Positions 1 through 9,392 of a DNA stretch of 56,103 nt are shown here, one piece after another. Positions within the stretch are counted from its first letter, which is position 1; every line of letters starts with the position of its first letter. The notes under the pieces are model-generated. The model searched no databases and was not told the origin of the DNA. It worked only from the letters and a program-made list of their open reading frames with translations. Both the position numbers and the translations under genes were made by a program. The DNA comes from a virus (taxonomy: Duplodnaviria > Caudoviricetes). Location: positions 1-56,103 of the IMG/VR virus record IMGVR_UViG_3300034061_003450; one strand, 5' to 3'.

Positions 1-127
1 CCGCTAGCTTTCCCATGCGGCCACGATCCCGACCGCAACCGTCTGCCCCTGGAAGCCCCCGCATGGCCCCCGAAGCCCTCTCGTTCACCATCACCCCTCC
101 CGCAGCCCCCGACGCGCCTTCCCGGCC
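1..127. repeat. 127-bp terminal direct repeat (copy at 55977-56103); circular assembly overlap
   Basis: Bases 1-127 are identical to 55977-56103; 127 is a common assembler k-mer. Confidence 0.95.
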
Positions 128-350
128 CTCCAGCAGCCCCCGCGAACGCTTCCTCGCCCTCGTTGACCAGGCCGCACGTGCCCTGGAGGCCGACATGCGG
201 GCGCCGAGCCTGTATCAGCAGGGGAGGCAGGATGAGCGGGAGAGGCTCGCCACGTGGCTGGAGATCCGCGAATGCCGGCTGCCGCCCAACGCCCGGGCCG
301 TCCGGACTGAGCTCAGCAACATCCGAGCCATGCTTAATGCCCAGACCTAG
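63..350 (+). CDS. hypothetical protein
   Basis: ORF 15..350, likely start MAPEAL at 63; lies directly upstream of the terminase genes. Confidence 0.55.
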   Translation: MAPEALSFTITPPAAPDAPSRPSSSPRERFLALVDQAARALEADMRAPSLYQQGRQDERERLATWLEIRECRLPPNARAVRTELSNIRAMLNAQT

Positions 351-392
351 ACCGGGTTGTTATGATGCGCTTGCGGTTCTGATCCCTGCCGG

Positions 393-893
393 GTGGCTGA
401 GTCTGTCGCTATCCAGAAGCTCGGTGGGCGGCAAAGCAAGCTCACCGAAGAGCTGATCGCAAAGGCTCGCGATCTGGCAGCTTCCGGTGCTCCCGATAAG
501 ACTCTCGCCGCTGCCTGTGGGGTGTCTGTCTCGGCCTGGATGCTCTGGCTGCGCAATGCTCGATCAGGGTCAGGATCTGAGCTTGAAATGAAGTTTTTAG
601 AAGCAATCCGTGAGGGAAGAGCAGAAGGCGAACTGATCCATGTTCAGAAACTCCATAAAGGCGACTCGAAGGATTCGCAGTGGCTGCTAACTCACAGCCC
701 CTATTGGCGTGATACATGGTCTGACGCATCTGCGATCCGGCGTGCAAACCAGCGGCAGATGGAAAGCGTTGTTTCGGCAATCGAAGCGTCGCAATCCATG
801 ACCACCGAGCAAAAGCACGACCTGTTGCTGCAGCTTCAGGCTCGCGGCCTTGGCGGTGTGCCGCAGCAGCAGGAAAGCGATGCTGACGGCTGA
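393..893 (+). CDS. terS: terminase small subunit (putative)
   Basis: N-terminal HTH-like segment (GRQSKLTEELI...LAAACGVS); overlaps the start of terL. Confidence 0.7.
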   Translation: MAESVAIQKLGGRQSKLTEELIAKARDLAASGAPDKTLAAACGVSVSAWMLWLRNARSGSGSELEMKFLEAIREGRAEGELIHVQKLHKGDSKDSQWLLTHSPYWRDTWSDASAIRRANQRQMESVVSAIEASQSMTTEQKHDLLLQLQARGLGGVPQQQESDADG

Positions 894-2487
894 TCCCCTA
901 TTGGCTGCGATCGCACGCCAACGGCTGGCGCTGCGTAAGACCAGCCCCGTTGCCACCAGCTACACCCGCTCCTTCGGCGACCACATCGCAGCCGTCTACC
1001 CACGATTTCCTTTCACCCGCCATAACACCCGTCTTGTAGAGATTGGCCAGCGGGTCGGGACAGGCGAGATCCCGAGGCTGCTGCTGATGATGCCGCCACG
1101 GCACTACAAGTCCACGATCTTCAGCCGGTTTCTCCCGTCGTGGTTCATCCGACGCAATCCTGACAAGACTTGGGGGCAGGGCGCCCACAGCCAGCCACTC
1201 GCTGAAGAGTTTGGCCAGGCTGCACGCGACTATTTCGCCGCTTCCGGTGGTGAGATTGACCCCAGCAGCTCCGGCAAAGGCCGATGGAAGGTCGCCAGCC
1301 ACCTCGGCGGCTTCTGGGGCGCTGGCGTCGGCAAAGGCACCGGCCTGCCCGCTGACTTTCTGAACGTTGACGACCCGATCAAGAACCGGCAGGAGGCCGA
1401 ATCCGCCGCCTACCGCCGCCAGCTTTACGACTGGTGGTCAACGGTGCTCAACACCCGTGAAGAGCCCGGCTGCCAGAAGCTCATCACCCACACCCGATGG
1501 GCTGATGCCGATCTCATCGGCTGGCTGATCAGCCAGGTTGAGGAACTGGAGCGCGACGGCCACGCCGATGCGGCCGAGCCTTGGCACGTGATCCAGATGC
1601 CGATGGTCGCCGAGCCGGTGCAAGTCGCAGTGCCGGCATCGCTGACACTGGAGGCCGACACCCGCGAGCCTGGCGAAGCACTGGACCCTGAGCGCTTTGA
1701 CGCCGAATGGGCCCGCAAGAAACGTCTCAACACACCCGACCGCGACTGGGCAGCGCTGTATCAGCAGCGACCCCAGCCATCAGGCGGCACGGTGTTCAAC
1801 GAGGCGATGTTCAGGTTCTACGGCACCCGTGAACGGCCTGGCCTTGAAGGTGATGCGCTGCTGCCCGATCGATTCGTTCGCAAACTGGCCAGCGTCGACT
1901 GCACGTTCAAGGACAACCCCGGCAGCGACATGGTGGCCATGCAGCTATGGGGGCAAGACGCCGCCGGGGCATGGCTGCTTGACCTGGTGAACCAGCGGCT
2001 CGACTTCAGTGCCACGATGGACCGCATTTCGCTGCTGTGGCCGACGTGGGCATTTGGCGAGCTACTGGTTGAGGACAAGGCGAACGGCAGCGCTGTCATC
2101 TCGGCCCTGAAGCGTGCCGCCGCTCGCTTCCTCTTGCTTGCGGTCGATCCGATCGGCGGGAAGGTGGCCCGCGCCAATGCTGCGACGCCTGAGTACAACC
2201 AGGGCCGCGTGTTCTTCCCCCGCTGGCATCCGCTGACGCCGCTGCTCACAAGCCAGCATCTGAAGTTCCCGGGCGACACCTACGACGACCAGGTTGACGC
2301 CGCCAGCCAAGCGATCAACTACATGCAGGGCACCGGCCCGATGCGCGTCACCACGGTGTCATGGGGCCTCGGCGCCGACCTAGGCCCGATGCCACCTGCA
2401 ACGCCGACGACGGGCCACGGCGAACGGCGACTGCTGGAAGGCATGCCGCCGCTGGCTGATCCGGACGACGAGGCCTTCTTTGGCTGA
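880..2487 (+). CDS. terL: terminase large subunit
   Basis: Walker A-like MPPRHYKST, Walker B FLNVDDP, THTRW motif, YQQRP, nuclease domain SVDCTFK/VEDKANG/DDQVDA. Confidence 0.95.
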   Translation: MLTADPLLAAIARQRLALRKTSPVATSYTRSFGDHIAAVYPRFPFTRHNTRLVEIGQRVGTGEIPRLLLMMPPRHYKSTIFSRFLPSWFIRRNPDKTWGQGAHSQPLAEEFGQAARDYFAASGGEIDPSSSGKGRWKVASHLGGFWGAGVGKGTGLPADFLNVDDPIKNRQEAESAAYRRQLYDWWSTVLNTREEPGCQKLITHTRWADADLIGWLISQVEELERDGHADAAEPWHVIQMPMVAEPVQVAVPASLTLEADTREPGEALDPERFDAEWARKKRLNTPDRDWAALYQQRPQPSGGTVFNEAMFRFYGTRERPGLEGDALLPDRFVRKLASVDCTFKDNPGSDMVAMQLWGQDAAGAWLLDLVNQRLDFSATMDRISLLWPTWAFGELLVEDKANGSAVISALKRAAARFLLLAVDPIGGKVARANAATPEYNQGRVFFPRWHPLTPLLTSQHLKFPGDTYDDQVDAASQAINYMQGTGPMRVTTVSWGLGADLGPMPPATPTTGHGERRLLEGMPPLADPDDEAFFG

Positions 2488-2505
2488 CCCCCCGCACCTG
2501 TGACC

Positions 2506-3369
2506 ATGACCGCAACCGCCCCACCAAGACCGAGACGCGGCGCCCGCAGCCTGAAGGTGCGCGAGGCGCCTGTCGGTGACACGTCCAAGCTCGGGAGCTT
2601 CCCGGCGCCGACGGCGATCTCTGAGCAGCTTGTCACCGAAAACCTCAAGCTTGCGTTTAGCCGCGCCAACCGGTACGCCGCTCGCACGCGGATGCCGTTG
2701 GATGATCTCGAAGCCGCGGCCTACGTCGGCCTGGTCCGTGGTGCTCGGGCGTTCGACCCAGCCCGCGGCTGGACATTCAGCACGTGCGCCGTGCGGTTCA
2801 TCGATGGCGCGATCCTCCGGTATCTCCGCGACCGGGGCCACGCCATCAAGTTCCCCATGCGTTGGCGGGAGATCGGTCCGAAGGTCCGCCGGCTGCTGAA
2901 TGAGGGCAAGACCCTCGCCGAGGTGACGGAAGCGACCGGGATGGAACCCGACGAGATCCGCGCCTTCATGGCTGCCACGGCGGCGCCGGGTGAGATCGAC
3001 CCCAACCTGATCGGCGCGTGTGATCCGCTGGAGTTCGTCGAACCAGGCACGCCTGAGGCCGATGATCTGGAGCGGATCCAGGCCGAAGCGTTCGCCAAGC
3101 TGATTCCTGCCGACCGGGTGATCCTGCAGCAGTTCTGGTCGGACCCTTCGCGGCAGGGTTACCCGATGCGGCAACTGGAGGCGCTGGATCGCGCCGTGCG
3201 ACGGATCACGGGGCCAGCTCAGCAGGCGCGATCAGTGGAGTCGATGCCGTTGGGGTTCAATGTGGAGCTGGCGGCAGTGCCGGAGGAGGGCAAGCGGACC
3301 AGGCGGAGCAGGACAGAGCTCGATGATGCAGCGGAGCAGATGGGCCTGCTGGCGTTACTGGAAAACTGA
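2506..3369 (+). CDS. RNA polymerase sigma-70 family factor (SigF/group 3-like), probable late sigma
   Basis: Region 2 motifs ENLKLA, DDLEAAAYVGLVRGARAFDPARGWTFSTCA, GAILRYLRD. Confidence 0.85.
   Translation: MTATAPPRPRRGARSLKVREAPVGDTSKLGSFPAPTAISEQLVTENLKLAFSRANRYAARTRMPLDDLEAAAYVGLVRGARAFDPARGWTFSTCAVRFIDGAILRYLRDRGHAIKFPMRWREIGPKVRRLLNEGKTLAEVTEATGMEPDEIRAFMAATAAPGEIDPNLIGACDPLEFVEPGTPEADDLERIQAEAFAKLIPADRVILQQFWSDPSRQGYPMRQLEALDRAVRRITGPAQQARSVESMPLGFNVELAAVPEEGKRTRRSRTELDDAAEQMGLLALLEN
3360..3369 (+). promoter_or_regulatory. GGAAAACTGA putative late promoter motif; other exact copies start at 6101, 12439, 15474, 19780, 22342, 23220 and 25180
   Basis: Exact 10-mer recurs immediately upstream of structural gene starts. 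Confidence 0.75.
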
Positions 3370-3391
3370 GCCGATGCCGCAGGTTCAATAG

Positions 3392-4858
3392 GTGCCGCTG
3401 CCGAAGTACGACCACCCGGCGACTGATGCGGCGCTGCCCTCGTTTGTGCATCCGGATCTGGATGATGTTCTGGAGGATCTGGAACTCGTTGAGGATGTTT
3501 GGCGAAGGCTGAAGGGGAAAAAGGAAGAATACCTGCCCCGTCACCAGAAGGAGCCAAAGGACGCATATAACCTAAGACTAAAGAATGCAGTCTTTACTAG
3601 CTTCTTCAAGGAAGGCATCATCGCCTTTGCCGGCGCGTTGTCGCGGTTTGAGTGCCGAGATGCGCCCAAGACCTTTATGGATAACTTGGCGAACATCGAT
3701 GGCGCCGGGAACAGCCTTAAGGCATTCATGACGATCGCCGATTGTTGGGTGCTCAGGGACGCCGGAACGCTGCTCACGGTGGACATGCCGCCGGGAATCC
3801 CCAACGATCGGGCAGTCGAGGGGCAGTCGGCGCGTCGGCCGCACCTTGCAAGGGTGCAGCGTCGGAACCTGCTGAACTGGGACCCGATCGAGGTGAACGG
3901 CGTGGAGCGATGCACCGCCTGCACGATTCTGGAATGGGCAAAGGTGAAGGTGGGCCGCTATGGCGCCACCTATGAGCCTCGCTACCGGGTGATGGAAGGC
4001 GGAACCTGGAGGCTGCTGCGGCTGGTGAAGCAGGAGAACGGGCCGGATCCGTATCGGGTGGAGGAGGTAGAGGGCGAGACCGGGGAGTTCACCGATCACA
4101 GGGGCAACAAACTGGAGTTGCCGCCGGTGGAGTGGTACGGGGCCACGCCGGATGGTTTCGGCCGCGGCGAGATGCCATTGAAATCGCTCGCCGACCTGAA
4201 CCTGGCGCACTTCTACGAGTGGTCGGATAAGCAGCAGCAGCTCTATCGGACAGTGCTGATCACTCCCTGGCGCGAGGGGGCATCGCCCGGATCGCCGGCC
4301 ATGGTGCTCGGCCCCCACGGCGGGATCGAGGTGCCGACCGGCGGGAAGGTGGGCCTGCTGGAACCGTCCGGCGAATCGCAGACCCACCACAAGGCGCAAC
4401 TGGAGCACATCGAGGGCCTGATCGATCGGTTGACGCTGGCGTTCCTCACGAGCGGTGCAGCCAAGACGGCGACGCAGGCGAACCTGGAGTCGGCGCAGCT
4501 ACAGGCGACGCTGGCGACGCTGGCCGAGGCGAAGGGATCGGCGATGGAATCGATCTACCGCCTGTGGGCAGCGTTCACCGGCGAGGATGCCGTTGAGGGT
4601 GCCGGTATCGACATGGCGCCGGGCATTGCGGATCAGCAGGTGACGGGCGAGACGCTGATGCTGGCGGACAAGCTCTACAACAGCGGTCTGATCAGCCGCG
4701 AGACGGTGGCGCAGTTGCTGCATCGGGGCGGGCTGCTGGAACCAGGGCGGACGGCGGATCAGGAATTGGCGGCGATCAAGAAGGAGGAGCCGGAGCCGGC
4801 GGTGACTCCGGGGGTGAGCGATCCGGAGACGGTTGACTTCACGCCGGCCGCCGCCTGA
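3392..4858 (+). CDS. portal protein (DUF4055-like)
   Basis: YLPRHQKEPKDAYNLRL and KTATQA motifs; size and position after terminase. Confidence 0.85.
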   Translation: MPLPKYDHPATDAALPSFVHPDLDDVLEDLELVEDVWRRLKGKKEEYLPRHQKEPKDAYNLRLKNAVFTSFFKEGIIAFAGALSRFECRDAPKTFMDNLANIDGAGNSLKAFMTIADCWVLRDAGTLLTVDMPPGIPNDRAVEGQSARRPHLARVQRRNLLNWDPIEVNGVERCTACTILEWAKVKVGRYGATYEPRYRVMEGGTWRLLRLVKQENGPDPYRVEEVEGETGEFTDHRGNKLELPPVEWYGATPDGFGRGEMPLKSLADLNLAHFYEWSDKQQQLYRTVLITPWREGASPGSPAMVLGPHGGIEVPTGGKVGLLEPSGESQTHHKAQLEHIEGLIDRLTLAFLTSGAAKTATQANLESAQLQATLATLAEAKGSAMESIYRLWAAFTGEDAVEGAGIDMAPGIADQQVTGETLMLADKLYNSGLISRETVAQLLHRGGLLEPGRTADQELAAIKKEEPEPAVTPGVSDPETVDFTPAAA

Positions 4859-5895
4859 TGGCAGCGATCGGCCCGCGGCAGCAGCGCCTGGCGGATGACT
4901 ACGCCGAGGCGCTGGAACGTCTCGGGAACCGATCCGTCAAGGCGACGACTGAAGCGCTGGAATCGAGCCTGGCCGACATGCTTGTCAACCTCCGGCGCTT
5001 CTATGCCGGCTTTACCGACCCCTCGGCGCTGCCGTACATCAACGCGCAGGGAGACGTCAGCCAGCCCTACAGCTACAGCATCGGTGAGGCGACGGCCCGA
5101 TACGACACGCTGGTGCAGCAGGCGCGGGAGTTCATGCCCGAGGATCGCCTCCAGGCGTTGCAGGCGATCTATCAGCAGGATCTGGCGGCAGCGACGGCGA
5201 TGGGCGGCGAGCTGTCGGCAAAGCTGATCAAGCTGGCTGACCGAGCCTCTGATGTGTTCGCCGGATCCAGCCCCGAGGCGGTCAAGGCGGCGGCCGAGAT
5301 CACCAGCGCTTACATCAGGGGCGAGACGATGGCGTTTCGCAACACCCTGACGCAGATCGTCACCCGCGGCGCCGGGAAGGGCGTGGGGTGGAAGTCGATC
5401 GAGCGCGAGATCCGCGAGGCGTTGCGGGGTGCCAAGGATCCGGATGGCATCACCCAGCGGATGGGCCTGAACCAGCGTGCCGAGCTGATCGCCCGCTCCG
5501 AGCTCAGCAACGCCTACGTCAGGGCCCAGCAAGACACCGCGAGGGCGGCCGGGTATGACCTGGTGCGATGGGTTGCCACGCAGGACGAACGGACGTGTCT
5601 GTTCTGCGGGTCCAGGCATGGGCGAATCTTCAGGGCCGATGAGGTGGTCGCGCCCGCGCACCCTCGCTGCAGGTGCGCTCTCGTGCCAGCCCCTGAAGGT
5701 TCCGACACCGCAGGCGACGCCGACTCTGAATACTGGGACCAATCCCGCAAGGATATTGCCGCCGAGATCGCCAAGGCCAAGGGGCAGGAACTGAACAAGG
5801 TAAGCGCCGACCTGGCCAAGTATCTGAAGAAACCAACGCCATCCGAACGGCGGCAGATGCCGGGCATTGAGGTAGCGATTCAGCCGGTGGCATGA
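4858..5895 (+). CDS. MuF/SPP1 gp7-like head morphogenesis (minor capsid) protein
   Basis: RAELIARSE, WVATQDERTCLFC, PAHPRCRC signatures; follows portal. Confidence 0.9.
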   Translation: MAAIGPRQQRLADDYAEALERLGNRSVKATTEALESSLADMLVNLRRFYAGFTDPSALPYINAQGDVSQPYSYSIGEATARYDTLVQQAREFMPEDRLQALQAIYQQDLAAATAMGGELSAKLIKLADRASDVFAGSSPEAVKAAAEITSAYIRGETMAFRNTLTQIVTRGAGKGVGWKSIEREIREALRGAKDPDGITQRMGLNQRAELIARSELSNAYVRAQQDTARAAGYDLVRWVATQDERTCLFCGSRHGRIFRADEVVAPAHPRCRCALVPAPEGSDTAGDADSEYWDQSRKDIAAEIAKAKGQELNKVSADLAKYLKKPTPSERRQMPGIEVAIQPVA

Positions 5896-5907
5896 GAAAA
5901 TGGGGGC

Positions 5908-6126
5908 ATGGATAACACCCTCGGGCTATTCCTTTCCTTGCGCGTAGGCGTCGCGTTGCGTGATACCGAAGGGACGCGGCAACTGCTGCGCAAGGCGGCC
6001 ACCGAGCATGATCAGGGCGAGGGTGAGCAGATCGTGATTCTGCTCGCCCGTGGGTTGGATCCGTTGGCCAAGCAATGGCTGGCGAATGTGTTGGGGCCGC
6101 GGAAAACTGATGCGATGGCCGGGTGA
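5908..6126 (+). CDS. hypothetical protein
   Basis: 72-aa ORF filling the gap in the operon. Confidence 0.55.
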   Translation: MDNTLGLFLSLRVGVALRDTEGTRQLLRKAATEHDQGEGEQIVILLARGLDPLAKQWLANVLGPRKTDAMAG

Positions 6127-6130
6127 CACC

Positions 6131-6256
6131 ATGAAGAAAGGCAGCTACGGCGGCAAGGGCAAGTATCCAGCGATGGCGAAGGGCACCAAGGGCGCCGGCT
6201 CTGGGATGCCAGCCAAGGGCAAGCCTTCAAAGGCGAAGATCAAGAAGGGGAAGTGA
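6131..6256 (+). CDS. small Lys/Gly-rich basic protein (41 aa)
   Basis: MKKGSYGGKGK...KIKKGK; ATG lies 20 nt after the GGAAAACTGA at 6101. Confidence 0.6.
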   Translation: MKKGSYGGKGKYPAMAKGTKGAGSGMPAKGKPSKAKIKKGK

Positions 6257-6259
6257 TCC

Positions 6260-6748
6260 ATGGCTCTGCCCACCCTCGACCCCCTCTGGCGCACAACGCC
6301 CGATGACCGCGACCTGATCCGGCAGTACGCCGGCCTGTCGGTCAGCTACTCATCGCTGCAGATCATCACCGATCAGCTCAATGGTGTCGCCAAGCTGTCG
6401 GCAAGCAGTGTCGGCCGGGTGCAGGGCTGGATCGATGAGGTCGAAACCCTGCAGGCCGACTATGCGGACCAGGTAGCCGATGGGACGGCACACCTGGGGA
6501 ACGTGAGCAGCTATGAAGGGCCGACGCCGGGCGCGAAGCTCACCAAGGACGATCGGCGAAAGAAGCTGGACGTGATCGAGTGGGACACATCCCTTCTCAC
6601 CATCAAGACCTCCAGCAACGGCAACGCAATGAGCACCGCCGACGGCGTGAGGCGGGCCCGGGTGGCGGAACTGAAGGATCTGATCCTGACGGCGGTGGGC
6701 CTCACGGTGCCGCAGTCGGATGGGACGTTTCCCGTTTACCGGAGCTGA
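6260..6748 (+). CDS. putative head-tail adaptor / virion protein
   Basis: Size and position in the structural operon. Confidence 0.5.
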   Translation: MALPTLDPLWRTTPDDRDLIRQYAGLSVSYSSLQIITDQLNGVAKLSASSVGRVQGWIDEVETLQADYADQVADGTAHLGNVSSYEGPTPGAKLTKDDRRKKLDVIEWDTSLLTIKTSSNGNAMSTADGVRRARVAELKDLILTAVGLTVPQSDGTFPVYRS

Positions 6749-6751
6749 CCA

Positions 6752-7234
6752 ATGCCAATCAGACGCGACGCACGGGGACGGTTTGCCGGTGGCGGCGGCG
6801 GCGGCGGCGGCAAGGGTCGCCCAACCAAGGGCGGCCGCAAGCAGTCGTCGCCGAGCGGGCTGCAGTGGGGGAAGAAACAGGATGCCATGTACATGAATCC
6901 GTCCGATGCCCGGTCAGATCGGCGTCATTTCGCCAAGCAAATGCGCGAGCTTGACGCCAAGAAGTCCGCGGCGCAGAAGGAACTGAAAGCGCTGAAGGAG
7001 AAGCCCGCCCGCCAGCGGCAGAAGCTGCAGCAACTGGAGGGCAAGCTCAAGCAGGCACAGCAGCGGCGTGCCGATGCGAAGAAAGCCGTGGACGCCGCCA
7101 ACGCCAAGCTGGCGGAGACGCGCACGAGGAAGGCCGCAGCAGCATCGAAGCGCGGGGCATCCAAGCCGCCGCCGCCAGCATGGAGCCCCGCAATGGCTGC
7201 AGCCGCCGGTCGCAAGCGCGGGAGGCGGAGCTGA
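6752..7234 (+). CDS. basic coiled-coil protein with N-terminal RDARGRF motif
   Basis: MPIRRDARGRFAGGGGGGG; K/R/A-rich. Confidence 0.7.
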   Translation: MPIRRDARGRFAGGGGGGGGKGRPTKGGRKQSSPSGLQWGKKQDAMYMNPSDARSDRRHFAKQMRELDAKKSAAQKELKALKEKPARQRQKLQQLEGKLKQAQQRRADAKKAVDAANAKLAETRTRKAAAASKRGASKPPPPAWSPAMAAAAGRKRGRRS

Positions 7235-7237
7235 GCC

Positions 7238-7732
7238 ATGGCCAGCCCGTTCGCCGAGGTCGCCAACGCCCGCATCCTCTGGTCCAAGCCCACGGCGATG
7301 CCTACGAACTTCCGCGAGGGCTGGAGCGGTGGGACGACGGATCGCGTCGTGGTGGAGCTGTTCCTCAAGGCCAGCCAGCCCAGCTCGCTTGACCTGGCAT
7401 CACCCGAGGGCCGGCGGTCGCTGGTGGCCGGCGCTGATCGATCCGTGAGCGCATGGGTGACCAGGTGGGCGGTGCTGCCCGATGGTGCCGACTGGCTGGC
7501 GGCCGGCACCGGCTGGACGTGGACCGATACGGGACTGCTGCCGGCGGGCCTCGGGCCTGGGCGGCTGGCGCTGCCGCTCTACTGGGGGCCTCTGCCGCCG
7601 TCGACCGTGGGGCAGACCTGCACGTTGAACATTGACCAGGCGGGCGGTGACTATGGAACCGGAGGCATCGGCGCGGAGATCCGTGCAGAGGCCGGGGATC
7701 AGATCATCGGGTCGCTGCAGTTCTCAAAATGA
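7238..7732 (+). CDS. putative head-closure / neck protein
   Basis: Position; closely packed with neighbours. Confidence 0.5.
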   Translation: MASPFAEVANARILWSKPTAMPTNFREGWSGGTTDRVVVELFLKASQPSSLDLASPEGRRSLVAGADRSVSAWVTRWAVLPDGADWLAAGTGWTWTDTGLLPAGLGPGRLALPLYWGPLPPSTVGQTCTLNIDQAGGDYGTGGIGAEIRAEAGDQIIGSLQFSK

Positions 7733-8211
7733 AGGTCACCGTCAAGAGTTCAAAGCGGCTGGCATCGGCAGCAAAGGCCGCGAATGAGGCAGCGGCGCGG
7801 GCGGTGTTCGCGGAGCTCGCCGGGAGGTTTCAGGATGCGCTGCGCCGGCCCGTGTGGGAGTGGAGCCCGGTCTATGCCGAGGGTTCAACCGGCACCGGGA
7901 TCACCGTCCGATCGAACGGCCAAGTGGTCGGCTCCCCGCGGAACATCATCGACGCCGCAACTCTGGCCCAATCGCAACAGGCGCCGCAGATCACCGGGAT
8001 GCGTGCGGTGTTTCGATGGACGGCGGCGAATGATGATGGGGTCGGATATTCGACCGCGGTTCACGAGGGCGCGACCTTGCGGAACGGCACCCTGCTGCCC
8101 GCCCGACCCTGGACCCGCGCCGTACTCGGCGTCGAGAAAGTCGACGGCATCCCGGTGTACGACGCCCGCAAGCGGTTCCGGGATGTGTGGCTGAAGCGGT
8201 ATAGAGGCTAA
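7729..8211 (+). CDS. HK97 gp10-like tail completion protein (putative)
   Basis: RNIIDAATLAQS, YSTAVHEG and PARPW resemble gp10-family motifs. Confidence 0.6.
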   Translation: MKVTVKSSKRLASAAKAANEAAARAVFAELAGRFQDALRRPVWEWSPVYAEGSTGTGITVRSNGQVVGSPRNIIDAATLAQSQQAPQITGMRAVFRWTAANDDGVGYSTAVHEGATLRNGTLLPARPWTRAVLGVEKVDGIPVYDARKRFRDVWLKRYRG

Positions 8212-8237
8212 AATAATGGGAGCGACACTAGCCAGGG

Positions 8238-8570
8238 ATGCTCACAGAAATCAGGTTGACCGACTGCATTGGAAGGACGCTTCGGGCGGCTGAATACAGC
8301 CACGACTGGGCTCAGCTGGCGCTCATTTTCACGGATGGCACTTTTGCGACGCTGGGGGTCAGTCGCGGATGCGAGAATGGAGATGAAGAAATTACTGAAA
8401 ACCAGTTTAACTGGGAAAGTTTTGGCTACCAAAGACTGGTTCAGTCTGGGATCATGACACAAGAAGAGGTGCAGCAGCGGCAAGAAGAGCGTGACCATAG
8501 GATTAAGGAACGGCGGCGTGAACGCGATCTTGCCGAGTTTGAAAGCCTGCGCCATCGCCTAGGCAAATAG
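8238..8570 (+). CDS. hypothetical protein, AT-richer insert (moron-like)
   Basis: 110-aa ORF with visibly lower GC than its flanks. Confidence 0.65.
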   Translation: MLTEIRLTDCIGRTLRAAEYSHDWAQLALIFTDGTFATLGVSRGCENGDEEITENQFNWESFGYQRLVQSGIMTQEEVQQRQEERDHRIKERRRERDLAEFESLRHRLGK

Positions 8571-8606
8571 CCCGGAAAACTGCCAAGAACGCCGCGATGG
8601 CCGATC

Positions 8607-9392
8607 ATGCCCCCGTCCCTGCCCTTTCACGTCAAGCCGCGGCAGGAAACCAGGGACGTCGGCTCTCCGGACATCGGCGTGCTCCGGCTGCCGGTGTTCC
8701 GCTCGCTGACGCTGGCCGAACGGATCCAGGTCCGCGAGGTGGACCGATCCGATGATCTGTTCAAGGCGACGGCCGAGCTCGTCATCACGATCACCGACCG
8801 CCAGGCGCCCGACCCGCTGCCCGATGGCTACGACCGGCAGGCTGAGATCACCCGGCACTATGCCGCGCTGACCCGCATCCTCGGCTCGATGGGCGGCGCT
8901 GCCGTCAACCTGGAACCATCCGAGGCCATCATCTCGGTTCTGTTCGCTGAGGAGATCCGTGAGCTGCAGCGCCAGAGCGAGGCGAATGAGGAGGCGAAGA
9001 TCGTCCGCGCCTGCACCGCGATCCTCAGCAGTCGGCTTGAGGAGTGCGCCGACTGGACGGACGACGACACCAGGACGCTGCCAGAAGACCTGATCTCGGC
9101 CATCTTCGCCTTCTTTCAGGCCGAGCAGGCGCACCTCGCCGAGCCGATCGACGTGGCGCAGCAGCAGAAAGCACTGGAGGCCGCCTTGGGGGAGTTGCGG
9201 CCGGCCGATGGCAGCCGGCCACCGAACCCGACTGGGGGGCCATCTTCTGGCGCCTCCGGGATGCCTTCCCCGGCGGTGATGAGTTCAGCCCCGAGCGATT
9301 CGGGAAGCTCACCGTCAGCTACATCTTCGAAGCCTGCGAAGCCGCGGAGAAGATCGAACGGCGCCGACTCCATCACAACGAGTTGCCCATAG
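8607..9392 (+). CDS. tail assembly chaperone (gpG-like)
   Basis: Helical 0-frame ORF that turns low-complexity S/P-rich after ALGE; overlapped by a -1 frame ORF. Confidence 0.65.
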   Translation: MPPSLPFHVKPRQETRDVGSPDIGVLRLPVFRSLTLAERIQVREVDRSDDLFKATAELVITITDRQAPDPLPDGYDRQAEITRHYAALTRILGSMGGAAVNLEPSEAIISVLFAEEIRELQRQSEANEEAKIVRACTAILSSRLEECADWTDDDTRTLPEDLISAIFAFFQAEQAHLAEPIDVAQQQKALEAALGELRPADGSRPPNPTGGPSSGASGMPSPAVMSSAPSDSGSSPSATSSKPAKPRRRSNGADSITTSCP

